Source: Lingula anatina
Lineage: Eukaryota > Animalia > Brachiopoda
DNA length: 64,000 nucleotides
Direction: 5' to 3'
Assembly (NCBI GenBank): GCA_051362555.1
Contig: CM120640.1
Span: 12,028,001-12,092,000, forward strand
Part shown: in pieces, positions 1 to 11,900 of the stretch
How the letters are laid out: the number at the start of each line of letters is the position of its first letter
Position numbering within the stretch: the stretch's first letter is position 1
Notes under the pieces: model-generated
What the model was told of the DNA's origin: nothing
Seen by the model: only the letters and a program-made list of their open reading frames with translations
Database searches by the model: none
Position numbers and translations under genes: made by a program

Positions 1-228
1 ATTGTCGTCACAGTACCACGTGACCCAGATCTGTTGCTTCATTTTTGCATATTGAGGTGAGGTTTACTAAAACGCTTTTTTTTCTACTAATAGATTGTTT
101 TTATAATTTTTAAATGGCGGGGATCGATTAAAACATACCTCTAGTGTATAGATTGAGTGCTGTATCTTCAAAATTCGAGAAATGGATTTTTACATGAACA
201 TTGTCCTTAAACCATAACAATAGATCTT

Positions 229-490
229 TCAAACAGTCTCACTCAATAAAGAATTCTGTAGTCTCCTGATTTCTTCCTGAATATTTTTTCTTGCCTGAAC
301 TTCAAACTTGTCCCTGAACTCTTTAGTGGCATAAATGTTGGGAATTTGAAGGAATGATTGTAAAACCTGAAATGCAAAATACTGCACTGAACAATTTGAG
401 CACATGCTCATGATAATTCTAGAAACTAATGTGTTTTAGGAATACATTCATTTAGCCCAGACTTTAAATGCAACTTAATACTGTTCACTA

Positions 491-563
<73 letters not shown>

Positions 564-2507
564 TGTCCACGATATTGGGTAACAACAATGGGTTATCACC
601 TTTGAAAGTCTGTCAAAATATTCCTATGTGTTGGGTTACAATGTGAAAGGGGATAGATTTGTCTTATTATAGCAAATATATATATAATGAAATAATTCAA
701 TTTTGCAACTAATATAGTGTTCTCTATTTTCATCCTGGCACTTTAAGTACTCATATTTGGTCATGCTCAAAATAGTACATATGTAATGTTTTAATAATGT
801 TACTTTGATAAATATTACTATTTATAAACTAAATAGCAAAGCTGACAAATGTACACACATGCTGGGGTAGTGCTAGCAAATTTTTTCCCTTAGCCAAATC
901 ACTATTTTTTCATCACTTTTTCCTCCAAATGCTTTAAATCTGACTAAAACAAAATCAACCCTTGTTTATTAAGCCAATGTAAGTAAGTTTTAGTATTTGG
1001 CTAAATTGGGGAGTGTTAGCGTTACCCCAGACATATATAACCACACACTTTGCAAGCCCTCCCCCCTTTCCCACACACACAGACAATTACTCCCCATCAA
1101 TTGTGCATTTACCTGGACCCTTCTTGAATTAAAATGTTCAGAAGGTATGTGGATATATTCTTGTCGAATCTGATCAGAGTACTTTTCATAGTCTGTAAAT
1201 ATAATTAAAAAACCAGATATATAGCTTCAATTCGATCTGTGTGTTCTGTTTAATTTATTCAAAATCAAGTCCACATAATATAATCACAATTACAGTGCAT
1301 AATCTTCATAATATAGTATCAATTGTGCAATTGTCCATATGAACACCCACAGAATAATTCTTTCAGATATACAGTTTATTTCATTTTTTATTCTGCAATA
1401 TATCCTGGCAGTACTTACAACACATGTACCCAGTACTCACCTTCATCAGGCCAACCAAGCACAGCCATGTCAAAGTCCAGGAGGTAGTGCCAGTCTTCCT
1501 TTCCATAAAACCCTGGAGTGGCATGGACAGGTGTCTTATGACTCTTGGTTAAAACAATCCACCCTGAAACCAACTCGCTTTCTTCTGAGGGCTAAAAAAT
1601 AAAACAAAACCTTACATATGTTCAAACACCATATATTAAACTAGAATTAAACATAGTATTCTCATGATGTGACATTTGTCCAAATTTAACATTACAGATA
1701 GTTCTATTAAATATTTATGATTCAAGAGAATGTGGTACTAATACTCTTGTGCTGAGTGAAATGCATACATGTATAGCATGATATGATTACCAATCTCATT
1801 TCTCTGGCAAATTTTTTAAAGAATTCTGCACTTCTTTCTTCGTTGTCATCTCTTTTAGGGTCATATATCACACTGAAAAAAATTGGATATATCAAATCCA
1901 ATAACTTGAGAGAAATTACCAGTATTATTATTTGTAATTTGTTAGAAACACTTTAAAATAGATGACATTTTCTAATCAAACACTGACATAATTTTTCACA
2001 ATGTTAACGTTTTATATTGTTTTTATTGGTTTTATGGCAAACCCCTCCTTAAAATCATTTGCTCATCCCTAAGTTTGTGCCATGCAAGCAGCATTAGCTT
2101 GTTATCCGTTCTTATTTAAAAAAAAAAAAGAAGAAAAAACTGACATTCCCAGAATTAAGTACCTGTAGGTACTAGTACTGGTACAATGTACTGTATCAGT
2201 TTATGCTAGAGTAATACATTAAATCTTCAGTAAATATCCCCTCCACACCCACTCACTCGTGAAATATCACTGCCAATGCAACCAATAACGGCTGTTTCAA
2301 ATGTTGCTGGTGGCTAGACCACAGTTTTAGCATGTTGATAATATGATGTATAGTATGATAATGTCTGTGAGACTCTGAATAACAATCAATAATGTCAGGA
2401 AGGAGGGTCATAGCCTGCTCTGAACTCCCAACAATTCTTTGCCACACTTGTTCTAAAATGCCATCGTGTTTGCTTTCGCTGTCAACAATAGGTAACACTG
2501 ATGCCAT
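229..2507 (-). CDS. HD-superfamily metal-dependent phosphohydrolase (COG4339-like), 5 exons, ~233 aa
   Basis: Exons 2507-2257, 1872-1791, 1591-1441, 1192-1113 and 366-229 have GT-AG boundaries and consistent phases (702 nt). Translation contains YSESHRHYHTIHHI, LAVIFHD-VIYDPKRDDNEERSA, LLDFDMAVLG, YEKYSDQIRQEYIH, IYATKEF and ARKNI, which are the motifs of this predicted HD phosphohydrolase family. Confidence 0.88.
493..560. repeat. (AT)n microsatellite
   Basis: Uninterrupted AT dinucleotide run in the last intron of the HD gene. Confidence 0.98.
862..1030. mobile_element. ~170-bp MITE (family A, copy 1)
   Basis: Terminal inverted repeats ctggggtagtgctagc...gttagcgttaccccag. Flanks are acatg / acata. 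A related copy lies in reverse orientation at 55075-55247. Confidence 0.75.
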
Positions 2508-2769
2508 TTGCCAGAAATTTCATACGAAATCCCAGTGAAAAAATGTCCCATGTGCATTTTGTTTACATTTGCCCTCAGTACCCATTTTCTAGCAAATTAC
2601 GACACAAGTCTATCGACATATTGGGAGAAATTTTAATTCATCCCACGCTAATTTCAATATTTTGTTATCTAACTTGTTGTCTGTCATCTAAAAATATAGA
2701 TCTATAAAATTTGGGAACTTATAAACATATTGTATGTTGTTGTACGACATCAAGTACCCACCCGTCTTC
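2508..2769. promoter_or_regulatory. Probable bidirectional promoter region shared by the HD gene and METTL4
   Basis: The HD ATG (2507, -) and the putative METTL4 first exon (donor gtaagg at 2799) diverge within about 300 bp. TSSs are not determinable from sequence. Confidence 0.55.
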
Positions 2770-2980
2770 ATGAGCTATTCGTGTCTGCATGTTGGCGAGT
2801 AAGGTTAGACAGTTGTAATGTAGCTTTTCTTTCTTAAAGGTGCGAGCCATTTTTGGGTTTTTGAGTTAACTAAGTTTAATGCAGATACTATCAGGAATAA
2901 TTTTCTTTTGTTGTGTTTATTTTTTCAGGCATTTAGAATTAGATGTCCTGGCTAATGTATCATTTGAAACCAACAAGAAC

Positions 2981-5900
2981 ATGTCAATCATTGTGGAGTG
3001 TACCCAGGGTTGGGTTATAGATCACGAGGAAAGCTTGAACAAAATTTACCAGACTTGCCAAGACTGGACTAAAAACAAAGATGGACAAGACTCGGAAGAT
3101 GCAGATAGGAAAAAGCACAGGCATTTTAAAAGCCATGAAGATCTGTTTGCTATACATGGTCCATTCATCATGAACAGTCAGTATGAAAAATTGAAAAAGC
3201 AACATCTAGAAGGAGAGGTGAATCTGGCTGTGAGTGATATTAACTGTTTTAGATACATCTCAAACATACTATGAAAGAGATTTTATGATTTCTACTCTAT
3301 AGATGGGATGGTAAAACAGGATTTTTTGTTTCAAGGCTAAATAACTTGAGTCAAAAATGACATTTTTGTCCACCATATATGGTCCTTGGTCATGTGAAAG
3401 GTGATTTAGCATCTGAAGCCAAAACCTAGCAAACAGGACACTTTTGTAAACCCTTCGACTAAGGTCCATAGATATTGGACCAATAGGTCATGTTTGACTT
3501 ATGTTCAAAATAATAATAATAGTAATACTGTTTTATCATCTCTAACATAAAAAAAATAGAAAAATTTGTTGATATCTTATGATGTCAGTATCTTTTGATA
3601 GCAGTTCTTAAGTACTTAGTATACCACTACAGCATGAATATTCCCCGCATTACAACGTTTAAGTATGTGACTGATTTCTTAAATACAGATCTAGATGTGG
3701 TATATTATTATTATTATTATTTATTTATATTTTATTTATTTTATTTTATTTTTTATTTATTTTTGTAATTGTATTTGAATAGACTTGTTTAATTTAAGGT
3801 AGATTTTAGTGATCTTTCAATTTGGGTCTTGTGTTTTCTTCATTAGAATCAATGTAAAGGAAATATCTGGCTTGGGTATTTCAATTTGTGTACTCCATAA
3901 TTATGAGAAAAATACAAAAGCCTAGCTTATTTAAACTTGGATCTTTCTAACTGGGTAGGTTGATTATAACAGAACATTAGGTGCATTTTCACATAGCCAT
4001 TAGCACTTTTAACTTAATGTTTGTTTAGAAAAGATTAAATAATTTACATAATGCATTCCATTATAGATGGTTGAAACCAGAACCTGGTGCAGAAGTGAAA
4101 ATTTGATAAATAAAAACCCTACAGAGACATGGCAGGCTGAGGTAAGTTCTGTCAAATATGCCTTTACATATTTATCAGCTATGGCAGATATTTCTCTTAG
4201 CATTTGTTCAACAGCTTCTTGATACATTTTGACAGGTTAGTGAAAGTCGCCTTTGTCATTGGTGCTTTACTGTACAAGTTTCTAGTTAGTGTGAGGGTCA
4301 TTTATTATTTAAAAGATGCCACTGAATATTTTTCTGAAAATTTGCATAGCTGACTGAAAAGGAAACTATGAGGTTTTGCATTAAGCAAACACATAATATA
4401 TATAATAAACAAGGATAGGAACTTTTGTATAAGCTGGTATTGGAACAGTTAGTCTGTTTAATGAGTATATGCTGGCATTGGAACAGTCTGTTTAATGCGT
4501 ATATGCTGGTATTGGAACAGTTAGTCTGTTTAATGCGTATATGCTGGTATTGGAACAGTTAATCTGTTTAATGCGTATATGCTGGTATTGGAACAGTCTG
4601 TTTAATGCGTATATGCTGGTATTGGAACAGTTAGTCTGTTTAATGATAATATATTCCATTTAGCCTTATAGGCTGTTGGTTTTACATTTTAGCTAGAATA
4701 TTGAAAATTCTTACCTTATGACTTAGGGAATCAGTGTCCATTTTTTATCATATATTATACTTCATCATTTTCCTAAATTTTGCATCACCCCTCTTTTCCA
4801 GTCTGAAGAGTCACTGTTTGCTGCATTTTGGAAAGTGGTGGAAGAAGCTAAGAAGAAGGGATACTTTGTAAAGAAAATTTTAACCAGTGATCCTTTTAGC
4901 AACAGTTCCTATAGAGATTTTGCCAACACAGAAGAAAAAGAATCTACCAACAAAGTGCGTGATGCCATGAAAGTGGGGAAAAGTGACCAGAAATTCAGCT
5001 ATGGGGGCCTTTTAGGAAAAAGAAAAATATCTGAGGATGTCTTTCTCAGTGAAGATGTTACAGCAAGGTGTAAGAAAGTGGAAAAACAGAATATCAATGA
5101 CAAAACCCTACAAATTGATAAAAATCATATACAAGAAGGTCAGGCTACATTTTTTGAATCTTGCCGAGAATCATTTTCAAAAGTGACTCCAACTCCATTA
5201 CTGCATTCTGGAGCTAAAAATATGAAGTGCTTAACATCACCCAAACCCATACACAGCATGGATGTACAGAGCTTAGCATGTAAAAGTGGACAGTCCTCTT
5301 CAGAGTTGAAAAATTCAGTGAAACTATGTGGTTCTTACACTACTACTTTAAATGATAAATGTGACTTACCTGCACCCACTGAGCAGGTCATTGTGACAGA
5401 CTCGGAAACAAACCACCATGCAATAAATGTTGACAAGCATAGCGAGAGTCATGTTTGCTCAGATATAGAGATGGACGGAATGCCAGATAGTTATAAAAAA
5501 GCAATGCTGAGGTGGAAGAGAGAACAGAATCTTGCTGACCAGGCTTTTGACAGGTTATTGAAAGTACAAGAAACCACAAATCCTCAAATTGGCTGCCAGT
5601 CCTTAGAACAAACAGATCGAGAAGACAACATACCCACTCAGCTGCGTTGGCAAGAGTACAAGGCATCAAAGAGAGGTCATTCTACACAGACAAAATTGTT
5701 CCCTGTACAGATGATAGTAGACATGGCTCATCTACCATCAAGGTTACAAGAACAAAAACACAAGCATTTGAAGTTGTCAGGACTGCATTCACAGCAGCAA
5801 ACTGCACATAAAGTGGAATTCAGTGATTGTGACACAAAAGTTCAACACATCTGTGCAACTGATGAACATGTTGGCTGCAAGTCTGATTGTGAGATATCAA

Positions 5901-8900
5901 AGGAAAATTTATTTGCAAAAGTGAACCAGCAGAGTGGGGTTTCAAATGGGTTGCTTTACAGTAAACCTTCAACAAATGGCAATAGATTGCAGGATGAGCA
6001 AGATTGTCATAGAAAGTATGCCCCTTGCTGGTCAAGTAGTGTTAAAAACTACCAATTTGAAAGCCAACAAGAACAACAAGACTCCAGGCCAAATGACACA
6101 AACCTACATGCTCAACTCAATCCTGATGCTCAAGAAAAACAAATAGAACAAAACTGTCACTCTGAAAACCAACAAAATGAATCTCTGAGCCAACACTTAG
6201 ATGTCTGGTTTGAACATGATAACAACAAGTCTGCAAGGCTTGCTGCCAAGATTGAAGGTCCCGGAGACAAACTTGCTCTGTCCAGCCAGAAACTTGCTAA
6301 GACACATATGAGCATATTAAATTGGCACATTACTAGCAAGCAAGGTGACAAATTATATGGCCACATTTTTATGTAGAAATTTATGTATGACTGTCTTAGA
6401 GGGAAAGTTTACCTGATTTTTGCAGTCTTAAGATTTTTCATTTCCTTTAGTTAGTCTACACTTCTCTCAAATACATAGCATATTCATTCAAAATAATGAT
6501 AAAACATGTACCACTCTGCTCAGTTATTGCACATTGTGAGATTGTACTTTGCAATCAGTTTATCAGATTAACATGGCTCTTCTTGTGTCCAATATACTCA
6601 TGTAATCACCATCTTTCTGTATTCTACTCAATGCCAGGAGGAGGTGTGTTAATCTGTTTAACTGATTGTATTCAGCCAGAGTTGCTGCAATGTTGGATTG
6701 ATCTATGTAGACCAACAGCTTTAATGAGAAAGAGCCCATAATCTCTTCATGAGTCTGTAGTGCACTCTGAAAACATGGGTGAGGATGGTCGGGTAGTACA
6801 AGAAAATTGTTCAAGATGCCAAGATGTTTTCATTTGAAAATCTTACTACATGGCTATACAGGTAGTCAATTAACAGTTCTAATTGATAATTTATGAGCAT
6901 GTTATTAAATTTCAGAAACTGTGCCACCAAGTTTGTTCAACACAGTGATTCATCATGTCAGTGATCAAGTGTCTGTCATTCCATGGCTCGATGGAGAGTA
7001 CCTTGTGCCACCATATTGCTCTTTCTTGATGTCAGATGTTTATCACTTAAGACCTCTGTTGAGAGGTTTGGAAACAAGCATTTTCCTTTGATTACATAAC
7101 ATAGCATGCCTTATGTATATGTATCATAATAAAGCAATCACAACTTAGCATATTTTTAAGTGCCCAAATGTGGGGAGCACTGTGCCAGAATGTCAGCTGT
7201 TTATTGATTTAGAGTTTTTATAACACCCCATTCTCATAGATTAGATCGACCTACATTGGATCGACCTAACTCCCTGGGGGTTCACGCTAAATAGCTGTCA
7301 GCCGGGCGGACACGAAAGTTAATTACCCCTTAAAGCTTGTAGTAGGCGGGGACGGACACTTAAGGGGGATTATCTGACAGTAATCTAGTGAGACTCCCCG
7401 CGGTGATAGATCGATCTAAAAATTGTGAGAACAGAGCCTTAGTTACAGACTATTGTACAAATTGTTTTATTATGAGAAAATGTTCAGGGCCCATATTTTA
7501 TTTTGCCTTTTAATGTTTATGATGTTGGAAATTGTACTTGTCTTGCATGTTTGAGGTTTACTTAAAGGTAAAATGATTGGGACATTTCTGTATCATGTAT
7601 TACAGATGGAAGCAAATTTGACCTAATAGTGATGGATCCTCCGTGGGAAAACAAGTCTGCCTTGAGGAAAGGCTGGTGAGTTATTTACTGCAATTTTGTC
7701 AGTTACTTGTCACAAAAATTGCTGTTTAAAGTGATTTAAACACTATTGCTGCAGAGATGCAAAGTTTGTATAGAAGCCAGGTATTCTAAAGGGATTTTTT
7801 ATTTAATCATCAGCTATGACTTATTGTCCTGGCGTGACATTGCTAACCTTCACAAGCCTTTGCGGACCCTGATGTCTCCTGGTTGTTTAGTGGTTGTGTG
7901 GATAACAAACAAGGAAGGCCTTAAAAATCACCTCATTGAGAAGATCTTTCCAAAGTGGTCAGTCAGATACCTGACAGAATGGTATTGGTTGAAGGCAAGT
8001 ACCTGTATGTTATTAAAAGATACTTTTGACTTCATAACCAACTGATTTACCAAATTCTGTTACAAGGTTGCATAATGATTTCTCAGTTAACATCATTTTT
8101 CTGGAAAATTTTTTTTAGTGTAATATGATAGCCAATTTTTCTGTTACTCGCATTTAGTTTGGGTGAAGTAAAAATCTGAGCTTTTGGAATACAGGCCAAG
8201 GTCTCGGGTTGTTAAATTTTAATGGTACCTCCATATTATGAACATATAATATCTAAAAGTCATTTTCTGCAGGTGACTCGCTCAGGTGATCCTATTTACC
8301 CACTGAATTCACCACACAAGAAACCATTTGAGAAATTGATAATAGGACGATATTACCCTGTAGGCATACCAGTCAACAACTCCAGTAATTTCCCGAAAAA
8401 ACCCAGGGTGATTGTCAGCATTCCTTGCAGTAATCATTCACGGAAGCCACCATTAGGAGGTAGTTTTTTTTTCTTTTAATTAATTATACTTAAAAAACAA
8501 CAAAGGAAGTTGTGTTATAATGTTAAAAATGACTTACTGATAAGTATGCAGGCTGATGTTACCTAACAGTAGACTAGAGATCATTTGTAATAGACCTATC
8601 ACAAACCATTTTAGGTGTTTGTTTGGAGTGTGTCATATGGGAAATTTTGCGACATATTAACAGTGTATGAAATGGCCGCCTGCCCGCCAGCCCGAGGCTG
8701 GTAACTTTCAGGCCGGGCAGGTAAGATTTGCAAATTACCCGCCCGACGGGCTGGCTATTTTTACAGCCTATTTTCACCTTTTATTGTACCACCAGCGTAG
8801 GCGCTGGCGGTACACATGGTTTTAGTCCCGACCCGTATGTTCCGCCGGCTCCTGCGGCTCCTGCGGCTCCGCCGCCAAGTCACCGTTACCGCTTCTCCTC

Positions 8901-11900
8901 CTAGACGGTAAGGGCCTCCATACCCATCTCTTGGATTTAGGTCACCTATAATCTCAACTCGTTCCACGTAAAATTTGGGCTTTGTCGGTATTGGGGTCTA
9001 GGTGTGGCACTCATTGCAATGCACCCTTGTCCAAAAATGGCAAAATTAAATGCTAATTATCTCCCCTACAGAAGGAATTATGGGAAAAATTTCTACAGAC
9101 AGCTTTCCAAAAGTCATATGTGTAGATTTCAAATATGCCCTTGGATTTGACCTTTGACCTTTATTTTAAGGTCAAACGGGCCAAAATTTTCAAAAAAACA
9201 AAATTTTTGCCGAAAAAAAAATTATTTGCGGTCTTATTCAGACACCACACAGACTTAACTAATAATATTAATGGAAAGTGTTACCCTTCAGGTCATCTTT
9301 CATCTCCGTGAATTTGGGGTCAATCGGTGCATTTTCACGGGAGTAGCGGCCATAAGATATCGAAACTGAAAACTGTCTCTAATTCGGGAACCGTTAATGC
9401 TAGACACCCATTCTTTTTTGCATTTAGTAGAGCATGTAAAGCCCAACACTGGAGGTGGTCTCCGTTTTTTTGTATTCCATACGGTTTTCGAGATACGCTG
9501 TATCAAAAAGTACATATTGGTGGTGAAAGCAAAATGTGCAGTACGGTAATGGATAATAAATTTTGAACTCCGGAAAAATAAAACATAAGGCTTGGCAAAG
9601 CAGACAACTTGTGGTCAAAAATGACATTATTTCAACAAATTTGAACATCTGGAACTTCAGAGCACCTCCCATTTCAAGAATTTTGACCAAAATGACCTTT
9701 TCTTTATTTTAATTAATTTTTTTTGTAGGACATTTATGGCACATTATGGTAACTTATATCTCCAAAACTGGCAGAGATAGGTCCATAGTTACTATTGAAC
9801 TTGAATAGGAAGTCATATACTGGCAATCTAAATGTGACCTTAAAATTGACCTTTGACCTACTTTTCACCATGAACTGAACTTTGCAAATTTTGCTTCCCA
9901 TTTATCTCCAAAACTTGCAGAGATAGGTCCATAGTTACTATTGAAGTTGAATAGGAAGTCATATACTGGCAATCTAAATGTGACCTTAAAATTGACCTTT
10001 GACCTACTTTTCACCATGAACTGAACTTTGCAAATTTTGCTTCCCTTTTATCTCCAAAACTGGCAGAGATAGGTCCATAGTTACTATTGAAGTTGAATAG
10101 GAAGTCATATACTGGCAATCTAAATGTGACCTTAAAATTGACCTTTGACCTACTTTTCACCATGAACTGAACTTTGCAAATTTTGCTTCCCTTTTATCTC
10201 CAAAACTGGCAGAGATAGGTCCATAGTTACTATTGAAGTTGAATAGGAAGTCATATACTGGCAATCTAAATGTGACCTTAAAATTGACCTTTGACCTACT
10301 TTACACCATGAACTGAATTTTGCAAATTTTGATTCCCTTTTATCTCCAAAACTGGCAGAGATAGGTCCATAGTTACTATTGAAGTTGAATAGGAAGTCAT
10401 ATACTGGCAATCCAAATGTGACCTTAAAATTGACCTTTGACCTTCTTTTCACCAAGAACTGAACTTTGCAAATTTTGCTTCCCTTTTATCTCCAAAACTG
10501 GCAGAGATAGGTCCATAGTTACTATTGAAGTTGAATAGGAAGACATATACTGGCAATCTAAATGTGACCTTAAAATTGACCTTTGACCTACTTTTCACCA
10601 TGAACTGAACTTTGCAAATTTTGCTTCCCTTTTATCTCCAAAACTGGCAGAGATAGGTCCATAGTCTCTATTGAACTTGAACAGGAAGTCATATACTGGC
10701 AATCTACATGTGACCTTAAAATTGACCTTTGACCTACTTTTCACCATGAACTGAACTTTGCAAATTTTGATTCCCTTTTATCTCCAAAACTGGCAGAGAT
10801 AGGTCCATAGTCTCTATTGAAGTTGAATAGGAAGTCATATACTGGCAATCTTAAAGTGACCTTAAAATTGACCTTTGACCTACTTTTCACCATGAACTGA
10901 ACTTTGCATAGTTTGCTTCCCCTTTATCTCCAAAACTGGCAGAGATAGGTCCATAGTTACTATTGAACGTGAATAGGAAGTCATATACTGGCAATCTAAG
11001 TGTGACCTTGAAATTGACCTTTGACCTACTTATTATCATGAACTGAACTCTGCTAATTTCTTTCTCTTTTAACTCCAAACCTGGCAGAGATAGGCCCATA
11101 GTTACTATTGAAGTTGAATAGGAAGTCATATACTGGCAATTTACTGTGACCTTGGAATTGACCTTTGACCTACCTTGCGATGAACTTAACTTTGATTGTA
11201 CCATTTTTAGTAACATATATATTTTTTGCATATTTTGAAAATTCTTGTTGATTGCATTTTTACAGCTTGTCAAGCACAAGACTGGTGGCTGTGTTCCTTA
11301 TTTTGTATATGTGGGGGTCTATATGAATGCGCTTGCTCCAGCTGGTGGTACAATATTCGGAGGCGGTATCGCCTCTCTGATCCTCTAGTTTTGTCTATGT
11401 TCACAAGCCATTTCAGCAAAATATCAAATAAACTCACTGTTTTCACCCACTTTCATAGAAGCAAAGAACTAACCATAGCTTGCAATCGAACGCTCGTATC
11501 GAAATGTAACCAACAGTCTCCCTCCCAGTGGCCTCGTTTTCGAAGTTCCGTCTGTGTGATATGAAGTTGAAAGACAATTTGAAACGAGGCACATTGTTCT
11601 TAACCAGCTTCAGTGCACAGCAGACAGCAGATAACCTTACGTCATTGTTTTGTGTAGAGGAGATACCGCGAGTAGCAATTTGTAGGTTGAGAGTAATAAA
11701 AATGTGAAAGTATAAAAAGTTATAATATTGATTAAATAGACTTATAGGTACATGAAGTCCTTATAATCAACAGTAATAAAGGCAACGGGGGCAAATTAAA
11801 GGAGAATTTTACAAAAAATTTGAATCCCAAAATTATGAGTGAACCTACGAGTTTACGCCAAACAGATGTAGTTCTTTTCCCACGTGCTTTCATCTTGGGC

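Noticed and set aside
4009-4227. Minus-strand 72-aa ORF with a protein-like look
   Set aside because: It is antisense to METTL4 and overlaps a better-supported plus-strand exon (4067-4141, ag...gtaagt, phase 0-0).
4433-4645. 34/38-bp repeat as a CRISPR-like or functional array
   Set aside because: There are no spacers. The variation is a simple 4-bp indel typical of minisatellite slippage.
5388-6366. Antisense and alternative-frame ORFs within the large METTL4 exon
   Set aside because: These are shadow ORFs of a coding exon with no independent support.
9755-11172. 146-bp repeat arrays as a CRISPR array
   Set aside because: The units are contiguous with no unique spacers, there are no cas genes, and the context is a eukaryotic intron.
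8761-11564. ORFs inside the HINE copies (e.g. [10 protein letters not shown]...[19 protein letters not shown]...), duplicated at 32747-35446
   Set aside because: They arise from the microsatellite and tandem units, are short and frameshift between units, and show no Rep, helicase or transposase motifs.
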